Source: Candidatus Bathyarchaeota archaeon
GTDB lineage: Archaea > Thermoproteota > Bathyarchaeia > 40CM-2-53-6 > RBG-13-38-9
DNA: 64,000 nucleotides
Direction of reading: 5' to 3'
Assembly (NCBI GenBank): GCA_963807605.1
Contig: CAWECG010000003.1
Location: 800,001 to 864,000, forward strand
Both the position numbers and the translations under genes were made by a program. Below the pieces are notes generated by a model. The model was not told the DNA's origin and searched no databases. It worked only from the letters and a program-made list of their open reading frames with translations. This document shows positions 36,813-44,488 of the stretch, piece after piece. Numbering within the stretch: the first letter of the stretch is position 1; each line of letters opens with the position of its first letter.

Positions 36813-37778
36813 TCAGAAAAGATGCTTATCGATAATTCGTGGTTTATCGCCGACCTTACTTACAATTATATTATTGAAACCGACCTTCTTGATTCTAGAA
36901 GCTATCTCGGCAAGATTATGGGTATGTGAGTTGACGAAAACTGATGGGCCGGTATCTATTGAGTACCATGCGGAAATCTGGTCGGCCCGCATGGCTACAA
37001 CTTCCTTTATGATCTTCAATGTTTCGGGTTCCCACAAAACCATATGATACTTTCCCGTCATCGTAGTAGCGTGGAGATTTAGTGTATCCTCCTCCGCAAG
37101 TCTTGCAACCGAAGCTGCATCTTTTAGATATATTGCTCTCTTCATGGTCTCAACCATTTCCCTTATCCGTTTGAGTCTGATGTCAAATAAGGGTGAACCC
37201 AATACTTCTTCGTGTGCTTCATCTGTTCTGACTTCTGAAGGAACTGGAACAATCACCATCCCAAGATCCAGAGCATCTGGTGGGGCAAGTTGCTCTGCGT
37301 ACGACCTCCCATTCTTGTTTGCATACCACAAAGCATACCCACCAGCTAGACTTCTTGTTGCTGAGCCTGCTCCCAGTCTTACCGTCTCCGACAGTTTCAC
37401 ATAATCAAGCGAGATTCCTAGGGCCTTCGATACAGCAACACCTAGGGCCGCGAATCCAGAAGCTGAGAAGCCAAGCCCCTTGCCCCGTAAAACACTATTC
37501 TCTGAAACTACTCTAATCTTGTCTTGAACACGGGCTGCACGCCTTAATTCGTTCAGGACCACCAGAACTCTATCCTTCGCTTTTCCATCGAGATTGATAC
37601 CATTGACGGTAATCTCATCTTCAGTTAGATGGCTGTCTGTTTCTACAGTGGTGGTTGTCTTCATAGCTTCTGCACATATCGAAATGCTATCGTGGAAAGG
37701 GATCCTTCTTATGGGATCGACTAAGCCGTGATACTTGATCAGCCCTTGGATGGGGTGAGCTTCAGCAGTGACCTTCAT
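36813..37778 (-). CDS. mvaD: (phospho)mevalonate decarboxylase, haloarchaeal PMD-like
   Basis: Start at ATG 37778: MKVTAEAHPIQGLIKYHG; GLGFSASGFAAL; SIDTGPSV. Confidence 0.85.
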   Translation of the reverse strand: MKVTAEAHPIQGLIKYHGLVDPIRRIPFHDSISICAEAMKTTTTVETDSHLTEDEITVNGINLDGKAKDRVLVVLNELRRAARVQDKIRVVSENSVLRGKGLGFSASGFAALGVAVSKALGISLDYVKLSETVRLGAGSATRSLAGGYALWYANKNGRSYAEQLAPPDALDLGMVIVPVPSEVRTDEAHEEVLGSPLFDIRLKRIREMVETMKRAIYLKDAASVARLAEEDTLNLHATTMTGKYHMVLWEPETLKIIKEVVAMRADQISAWYSIDTGPSVFVNSHTHNLAEIASRIKKVGFNNIIVSKVGDKPRIIDKHLF

Positions 37779-37899
37779 GGGCAATCGAAGTCGAAGGTTT
37801 TTGCAGCTATATTTAAGCACATAGGAAAGCTCGAAAGCACGCGCCGACACGATCAAAAGGTTGATAACTTCTAACTGAACATCTTTTGTCTGAAGTCGC

Positions 37900-38556
37900 A
37901 TGTCCAAGCCAAATCGCAGGAAGTTCCTTGCTGCTGGAGCAGGATGTGCACTCGCTATTGGTGCTGCATACCTGCTAAAGGACGAGCTCTATTCGCTCGT
38001 GGGAAGCACCGTTTCACGTGAGACTGTGATCAATTCGGCGCCTACATCCGATGTTACACCAGCGCCGAGCCCCACTTCATCACCAGCTTCAACGGAATCC
38101 TCAACAAAAGGCCAGACGCCTGCCAAACCGGCTCCAGACTTCACATTGCCTGTTGTGGGACCTAGCGGCCTTACTGGAAAGACAGTCTCCTTATCATCAT
38201 ATCGTGAGAAGGTTGTGCTTCTGGAGTTCATGGCTCCTTGGTGTGTGCACTGCCAGAATATGGCGCCCATTCTTGTGAATCTCTACAATAAATATGGTGG
38301 TGACCGGATCGACTTTCTATCGGTCTCAGGCTCTTGGCGCGGGGCAACGGCCGATGATGTGGCAAAGTTCATCCGAGATTACAAGTCAAGTTGGACGTAT
38401 GCATATGATTCATCAAACAAAGCTCCAAACTTGTACGGTGTATCTGCAACACCAACCTTCTTCACCATTGGAAAGGACGGCTCGATTGCGGATAACTACA
38501 CCGGCGAGGTTTCTTTCGAGACCTTGGCAGGAGACTTGAACCGTTTAACTGCCTGA
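37900..38556 (+). CDS. Tat-exported TlpA-like thiol-disulfide oxidoreductase
   Basis: NRRKFL, APDFTL, WCVHC, ATPTF. Confidence 0.88.
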   Translation: MSKPNRRKFLAAGAGCALAIGAAYLLKDELYSLVGSTVSRETVINSAPTSDVTPAPSPTSSPASTESSTKGQTPAKPAPDFTLPVVGPSGLTGKTVSLSSYREKVVLLEFMAPWCVHCQNMAPILVNLYNKYGGDRIDFLSVSGSWRGATADDVAKFIRDYKSSWTYAYDSSNKAPNLYGVSATPTFFTIGKDGSIADNYTGEVSFETLAGDLNRLTA

Positions 38557-38564
38557 GGGATGCA

Positions 38565-38993
38565 TTGTTGCGAGAGAGATTATCTTGGACGATTGTTAGT
38601 CTGGCCATCATTGGTGCTGCGATTTCTGTCTACCTCACGATATATAGTGTTGATCTACAGTCAGGAGCTTGTACACTGAGTGACTACTTCTCGTGCTCAG
38701 CTGTCCTCTCAAGTTCCTACTCAAAATTTGGAGGGATTCCAACAGCATCATTCGGGATCATCTGGTTTGTAACCACTGCAGTAATGTGCGTATGGGCATC
38801 AAAGAATGAAGCTTTACAGAAGTACTTGTTAGGATGGTCGCTAGTGGGATTACTCAGCGTCTTCATTCTTGTCTATACCGAGATATTCTTGGTGGGAGCT
38901 ATATGTCCTCTATGTACAGCAGTCCACATATTGGTTATCACTATTCTAGTCTTGACTATATGCCTCCGGAGGAGTAGGCCTAGGGACAGGTAG
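38565..38993 (+). CDS. vitamin K epoxide reductase (VKOR) family membrane protein
   Basis: C-x6-C loop (CTLSDYFSC), SSYSKFGGIP, ICPLC. Confidence 0.9.
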   Translation: MLRERLSWTIVSLAIIGAAISVYLTIYSVDLQSGACTLSDYFSCSAVLSSSYSKFGGIPTASFGIIWFVTTAVMCVWASKNEALQKYLLGWSLVGLLSVFILVYTEIFLVGAICPLCTAVHILVITILVLTICLRRSRPRDR

Positions 38994-39259
38994 CAAAAGA
39001 GTCTACTTAGCTGAACATCTGCGCCTTTTACGCGCGCGTGTCCGGTTGGACAGATGTTGTCCCAGTCTTAACTTGTGAGTAGTAGAATATTGTGCCAATA
39101 ATTGATAAGATGAGCAATGCTGCGACAGTAGTCTTAGCTACATCTAGGTCAAACTTGACCGTTACAACTTTCCCCGACACCCACGGGCTTCAGTTGAACC
39201 AACTAATTAGCACTTAAATTAATGTTCAATCTAGGGTTCCAAATGTTTTACTGAATCTC

Positions 39260-39787
39260 CTAGTTTCCGGCTTTCAGCACATATGGTGATTGTTGCTCCA
39301 AGTTGTCCCTGTCCTCAAGAACTAATCTGAACTTTTGGAGTCCCTTGCCAGCCCAATTTTTGAACTCCATTTCAAGATAGTCTATGTAGTTGAAAAGGTT
39401 CATTTTGAAGCCATAATTTGAGGATATAATCTCTGGAATCAGTTTTGGATCTTCAGTCAGCTGCATCTTTTCAATTAACTCTAGCGTTCTAGAGGTCAGT
39501 CCACGTAGTTCCTCAATGGCTTCAGGAATATGTACACTTCTTGGAGGGTTAACTTCAACAATATCTTGGATAAGCTTCTTCTGAAGGCTAAGTTCGTCCT
39601 CTAATCCATGAAAGATGTCTATTTGATACGCCATTTCTTTCTGTATTTCTAGGACGAATCGCAACCATCGCTCGCGGTTCTCCCTAACAATGTCTGTCTG
39701 TCGAGCCAGAGTATCTATAATTTCGTTCAGTTTATCTGTTGTTTCGGAAATCGGTCCCTTGCTTTCAGTCTCAGCCTCAGGTGGCAA
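39260..39787 (-). CDS. helical/coiled-coil hypothetical protein
   Basis: 175-aa ORF, no motif recognised. Confidence 0.55.
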   Translation of the reverse strand: MPPEAETESKGPISETTDKLNEIIDTLARQTDIVRENRERWLRFVLEIQKEMAYQIDIFHGLEDELSLQKKLIQDIVEVNPPRSVHIPEAIEELRGLTSRTLELIEKMQLTEDPKLIPEIISSNYGFKMNLFNYIDYLEMEFKNWAGKGLQKFRLVLEDRDNLEQQSPYVLKAGN

Positions 39788-39955
39788 ATGCTGAACCCTG
39801 CGCTTCGTAGTAGATCTTACCTTATTTCAATCTTGTTGCAGTGTTTGTGCGCTAGGATCCAAGATGACCAGACATTATCAACTTGAGAAGTGCCTTTGTC
39901 ATTCTCTTCATAAACTCTAAATCTTGCTGTTCCAATACGTCCAGACGATAATCAG

Positions 39956-40372
39956 TTGCCACCAATAAAGTACCTAACAAGATCTCCGGGTTTAGGATTG
40001 CCGCACGGCCTATACGACTTCACTGAGGAAGTCCTTGAGAGCAAAATACTGCCAAATAGGGCTGGAAACTACGCTATCGGGTACATCGCTCCTATAGGGG
40101 GATTCGCGCCGAAGATCATTGGAGGCTCAGATAGTGATCTGCTACAAGAAATGCTGAGAAAGCTTGACACAGCAAAAGAAAGAGGTTATGACAAGTTCTG
40201 TTTCAAATATGCTAATTCTCCAGAGGACCGCTTTGAACAGGAATGTCTGAATTATCATTCTTTCCGGAGGCAATTAGACAATAAGAAGCATCCCTGCTCT
40301 CCTGAAGGAACCAAACTAAGTTGTCCGGACAAAGTTTGTGCTCAGTTCTTCCAATACGCTAAAGATACATAA
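39956..40372 (+). CDS. degenerate GIY-YIG-like hypothetical protein
   Basis: GNYAIGY...IIGGSDSDL...EC.NYH...LDNKKHP. Confidence 0.45.
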   Translation: MPPIKYLTRSPGLGLPHGLYDFTEEVLESKILPNRAGNYAIGYIAPIGGFAPKIIGGSDSDLLQEMLRKLDTAKERGYDKFCFKYANSPEDRFEQECLNYHSFRRQLDNKKHPCSPEGTKLSCPDKVCAQFFQYAKDT

Positions 40373-40419
40373 CAGATGACTGGACTTAGCTTTCCAGACG
40401 ATTTGGAGTTAGTTTAAGG

Positions 40420-41463
40420 ATGCGTATGACGCCACGAGAGAGATGGATGACTGCCGTAAGACATGAAGAGCCAGATATGGTCCCAGTCGGTTTTTTACGC
40501 TCCACATACGACGCCACAAGGCTGAACCTTGATGTGAAAGAGTACCTCCTTGATCCAAAGACTAAGCTTAACGCCCAGATAGAGTTACACAAGCGCTTTC
40601 CCGATTGCGCCTTCATCCCAAGCATATATCCCGATTTCGGTATGGTACCAGAACTCTCAGCGCTAGGTGCTGAAATACGACTCTACAGTAACCAGCCTCC
40701 TAAGGCTGTAGCGTTCATCAAGACACCAGAGCAAATTGACAGTCTAGAAGTTCCGGACCCGTATAATGATGGACTTATCCCCAAAGTCCTTGAGGCTTAC
40801 AAGTACATGCAAGCAAATGCACCTAAGGAATACACGGTCGATCCTCCATTTGTCACGGGTCCACTTTGCTTGGCCAGCGAACTTAGAGGCTTGGGGGGAA
40901 TATTCTCTGATATGTTCAGGAATCCTTCTTCACTGCATAAGCTCTTAGAGACATGCACCAAGACTGTTATCGAATACGTCAGAGCACTAGACGAAGTCTC
41001 AGGTGAATCCCAGTTCCTGTTCTTGGCGGATGATATTGTTGGTTTGGTGTCTGCGAAATTCGCCGACGAATATGGTTTCAGGTATATGAAAAGAATCTAT
41101 GACTCATTCAGCGGAAGAATGAGAGTTTACCATAACGACGCCAAGACGATGCATCTCCTAGAACGGATACGTGATGTGGGTGTTCAGCTCTTCAATTTCA
41201 GTTTCCAGAATGATATTAAAGAGACGAAAGAAAGGATCGGTGACCATGTCTGCCTCTGGGGTAATGTCGAACCGATAGGCATTTTCCGCACGGGTAGCCC
41301 CGAGGAGATTGAAGAAATTTGTCGGCAGAAGATAGAAGTAGCTGCCCCTGAGGGTCGGTATGTTCTTTCCACAGGAGCCGCTGTATACGGTCCAGATAGA
41401 AGCATAGATGCAATGATAAACGCGAGTAAGAAATATGGCAAATACCCCATCCATAGGTCTTAG
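40420..41463 (+). CDS. URO-D/MtaA-CmuA family methyltransferase paralogue lacking Zn-ligand Cys residues
   Basis: MTPRER, PDPYNDG, GPL, WGNVEP; HND and GAA where the paralogue has HNC and GGC. Confidence 0.82.
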   Translation: MRMTPRERWMTAVRHEEPDMVPVGFLRSTYDATRLNLDVKEYLLDPKTKLNAQIELHKRFPDCAFIPSIYPDFGMVPELSALGAEIRLYSNQPPKAVAFIKTPEQIDSLEVPDPYNDGLIPKVLEAYKYMQANAPKEYTVDPPFVTGPLCLASELRGLGGIFSDMFRNPSSLHKLLETCTKTVIEYVRALDEVSGESQFLFLADDIVGLVSAKFADEYGFRYMKRIYDSFSGRMRVYHNDAKTMHLLERIRDVGVQLFNFSFQNDIKETKERIGDHVCLWGNVEPIGIFRTGSPEEIEEICRQKIEVAAPEGRYVLSTGAAVYGPDRSIDAMINASKKYGKYPIHRS

Positions 41464-41520
41464 CATCAACTCTCTGACGACATTGGACAACCGCTTGGGC
41501 ATCACTTACTTCCGAATAAA

Positions 41521-41631
41521 TCAATAGAGGCTTTTGAGTCCGGTCTTCTAGATGTGAAGGATTTCTACTTCTTAGGTGATGATCATCGCTACCATTTTGA
41601 AGGAGAAGCGAAAAGAAGATTCTCTACCTAG
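41521..41631 (+). pseudogene. cas1: casposase (Cas1) internal fragment
   Basis: IEAFESGLLDVKDFYFLGDDHRYHFEGEAKRRF matches IQAFESGLLDMKDFYFMGDDYRYHLEIEAKRRF of cas1 (4284-4382) at 27/33 aa. Confidence 0.9.
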
Positions 41632-41715
41632 TAAAGAGTATGCTCTTACCTCTGCGAGAGAAACGAGCAGTAGTAATTTGTGTGCTAACTGTCTGCAGTG
41701 GACTTCTTTCAAGGT

Positions 41716-42144
41716 CTAGCGAGTGTCATTTTCTTCTAGAAATTTAGGGCTTGATATAGACACCTTAATTTTTGGAGGATTCATCAGAGTATTGTGAACA
41801 GTGCAATGCTTGACCATTCTGATGATAGCCTGCTCCAGATCGGAATTGACGTCTTGCTTCAAGTCAATCCTTGCTTTGACCTCATCAATCCTTGAGGGGT
41901 TTTTGGCCATTTGCCACTCCAAATCTATTTTCATATTCTCAGATAGAATCTTGTGGCGATCACAGAAGATTTTGGCGTAGACTCCTATGCAGCAGCCTAG
42001 CGAAGAAACGAATAATTCAACAGGAGTCATCCCGGTGTCCTCACCTTCCTCCTCTATAGGCTGGTCTGAGACTATTTTGTGTCCTCTACATTTTGCATTA
42101 AACTTCCATTGCCCGATGTTGGATATCTCTACGCGCATATTCAC
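41716..42144 (-). CDS. OsmC family protein
   Basis: DQP...GEDTGMTPVELFVSSLGCC...CTVHNTL. Confidence 0.88.
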   Translation of the reverse strand: MNMRVEISNIGQWKFNAKCRGHKIVSDQPIEEEGEDTGMTPVELFVSSLGCCIGVYAKIFCDRHKILSENMKIDLEWQMAKNPSRIDEVKARIDLKQDVNSDLEQAIIRMVKHCTVHNTLMNPPKIKVSISSPKFLEENDTR

Positions 42145-42266
42145 ACCTCTATCTACGTAAGCTCCTTATCTATGGCCAAAGCATTTTCCCGTGTTCATTA
42201 CCCGTTAATGCATATAATTGGTAGGCAAAGGTGTAACCAAGTCCGTCTCGGCAAATGTATGTGTTG

Positions 42267-42645
42267 CTACACTTCATTCAGAAGGAGTTCGACAGCCCAC
42301 TTTGCAGAGGATGCTTCCGTATTCTTCTATGAATTTGTCGTGGAGCTTTTTGGAAAGGGTCATACATTTCTCTCTCTGTCTAAGGTTTGGGAATTCTTCA
42401 CGACCATATCTGCGACTTATCGCCGCCACACCGCCTGAAAGAGCACCGCACGTCCCGTTTCCTGTGCGATCTAACCCTCCAGCCAGTCCATAGATTGCTT
42501 TGAAGATCTCATCGTTTCTTTTTCCTAGAACTTCGCTGACAGCTGCAAATACACATTGAGGGCAACTGCCATATTCTCTCCCAAAAATGAAACCTAGCTC
42601 ATAGACACGTTTCATAAAGTCTTCTTTGTTTGATTTACCAAACAT
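42267..42645 (-). pseudogene. C-GCAxxG-C-C family redox protein with internal deletion/frameshift
   Basis: CPQCV, GTCGALSGG, YGSILCK, then the frame shifts to KWAVELLLNEV*; the last conserved Cys segment is missing. Confidence 0.7.
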
Positions 42646-42808
42646 TTCACCATAGGTTGCGTGGGCGGCAGTAGCATGCTTGGTAAGCGCGCGATTTAAT
42701 AAAACTAGGTGAAGTTAGATGAAAACTGAATGCGAGGGAGAATGTGATTCTTGCGAAGAACCGGATAATTGTGATGCTAATAGAAAATGTATATACGATG
42801 AGTAAAAG

Positions 42809-42880
42809 ATGCTTAAGATCAGAATGGGAAAGGTGAAGCATAAGATAGCCGTAATCTGCAGCAAGGGTGGAGTTGGAAGA
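42809..42880 (+). pseudogene. Mrp/NBP35 ATPase N-terminal relic
   Basis: MLKIRMGKVKHKIAVICSKGGVGR resembles Mrp 'VKHKIAVxSGKGGVGKS'; similarity stops at GCACGCGCTAG (42881). Confidence 0.7.
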
Positions 42881-42939
42881 GCACGCGCTAGTTTGTAGCT
42901 GAAGTACATGTTCCTTAGTGTCATGAGGAGGAAAATGAT

Positions 42940-43404
42940 GTGCACGCGAAACTCACGCCACCAGAGATAAGGAGCATACAACGGGTATTTTCTTTAGTCC
43001 TCCTTATCGCGATTATTCTCGTAGTTTCTTCCAGTCTGTGGTCTGAAGTCAGATTTGCAACGCCAAATCAGCAGGGCGCCACCAAGCTGATAATTGTCCT
43101 TGAGCGTGTCCATGTAGGAGTTGGCGATTCCAAAGAAATGACTATAAAAGCAGTTGACCAAGCTGGAGTCGTCGACAGAAGCCGAAATGACTTGGTGCAA
43201 CTGAACCTAATCTCGTTGAGCCGTGAAAACACCATTACCAAGCTGAGTGTCAATGAGCTTAGACTGGAAAATGGCTCAGCTAACGTGTATATTACAGGTC
43301 CCATAGCAGACCTAGTGAAGGTAACTGTAACTTGGAAGGAGGGAAGATCAAAACTTGAGCCTGGAGAGACCCTCATTCAAATTGGGAGTTTCGAAGGAAC
43401 ATGA
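42940..43404 (+). CDS. 'VDxxRND' membrane-anchored Ig-like surface protein
   Basis: N-terminal TM, GATKL, GVVDRSRNDLVQL, LENG, WKEGRSKL. Confidence 0.7.
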   Translation: MHAKLTPPEIRSIQRVFSLVLLIAIILVVSSSLWSEVRFATPNQQGATKLIIVLERVHVGVGDSKEMTIKAVDQAGVVDRSRNDLVQLNLISLSRENTITKLSVNELRLENGSANVYITGPIADLVKVTVTWKEGRSKLEPGETLIQIGSFEGT

Positions 43405-43513
43405 TCTACACGCACGCTTCGGCGTAGCTGGTTAGTCATTTCATATGGTTAACCAACTGGGGATAGAGTTGAGGAAGGATTCGCGCCACAGCCCTGCGAT
43501 GTAGTGAAACATA

Positions 43514-44065
43514 ATGGTATCCAAAGTTTTTGCGAAGAGAAAGGGTGACATTCTAAAAAGCCGACCACGTATCCTCGGACTTGCTATAGTAATCCTAGTT
43601 CTTGCTGGTGGAGTACTTTATTTCTTTTCGATTCAAGAGCGCCCGCGGGTTAGTTCACCCAAGTCTGTTTCTCTGACAAAAGAGCAGAAAGAGATTGATA
43701 ATTTTCTAAAGGAGTACTATCTTGCCTATGGTAATGCATCGATTACCAGGCTCATTGTGCTCTTTGACAATGATGCTATCTTGTCTGCTCCTAACGGTGC
43801 AGTATACAAAGGACTCTACGCTATAAGATCCTATTATGTAGAAGATATCGATAGCTTCTGGAACTTTACCATCGATAAAACGGCATCGACAATTGAGGTT
43901 CGAGGCAACGAAGCGTATGCAACATATAATATCAGAGTTGGACCTTGGTACATAGGTGTGACTGAGAGTGTAAAATTCTACTACAAAGATACTTTTGAAT
44001 TGAAGAGAGAAGGGGATACTTGGAAGATCACCGCATTGACGATAGAACAAACCTCAGCCAGATAA
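43514..44065 (+). CDS. membrane-anchored NTF2/SnoaL-like protein
   Basis: SLTKEQKEIDNFLKEYYLAYGN...LFDNDAILSAP...GDTWKITAL, paralogue of 31656. Confidence 0.75.
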   Translation: MVSKVFAKRKGDILKSRPRILGLAIVILVLAGGVLYFFSIQERPRVSSPKSVSLTKEQKEIDNFLKEYYLAYGNASITRLIVLFDNDAILSAPNGAVYKGLYAIRSYYVEDIDSFWNFTIDKTASTIEVRGNEAYATYNIRVGPWYIGVTESVKFYYKDTFELKREGDTWKITALTIEQTSAR

Positions 44066-44201
44066 TCGAGTTTCGTTGTCGACTCACGAATAGAACCACA
44101 CATACAAATTCGTCACTAGGAAAAGGAACTTGGTCTGAGATTCAGTTCCAAGACATACGCGCGCGAAACGTTAAGTAAGCATCAGGAGCACGTTTCTAGA
44201 G

Positions 44202-44387
44202 GTGATGAGCTTAGTGATTACTTTGAAATGTCCTATTGGCGAGTGTATCTTTGAGATAGATGCTCACACCTTTGAAGAAGCAATTAGGAAGGCTAGAGAT
44301 CACGCGAAGGCACAACACAAAATGACTGATCTCCCTCCACACATTATAGAAAAAATTGCACAAGCGTTTAAGCCCACAATATGGTGA
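44202..44387 (+). CDS. DUF1059-like small metal-binding protein
   Basis: CPIGEC...EE......HA...H; GAGGTG upstream. Confidence 0.75.
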   Translation: MMSLVITLKCPIGECIFEIDAHTFEEAIRKARDHAKAQHKMTDLPPHIIEKIAQAFKPTIW

Positions 44388-44488
44388 GCTCGCAACTCGC
44401 GTTTGTCAGTTTTCTAAAAGAAACAGTTAAGAACACTCGGTCCTCTGGTCCTGTACCGCCCACAGAATGAAGACGAGAGATACAACCC

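Noticed and set aside
37779-37907. N-terminal extension of mvaD in the ORF track
   Set aside because: Family similarity starts at ATG 37778; the extension spans the divergent promoter region.
17295-44166. Integron attC cassette array explaining the GCGCGC motifs
   Set aside because: No integron integrase, no RYYYAAC/GTTRRRY-bounded palindromes recognised, and flanking genes are in mixed orientations.
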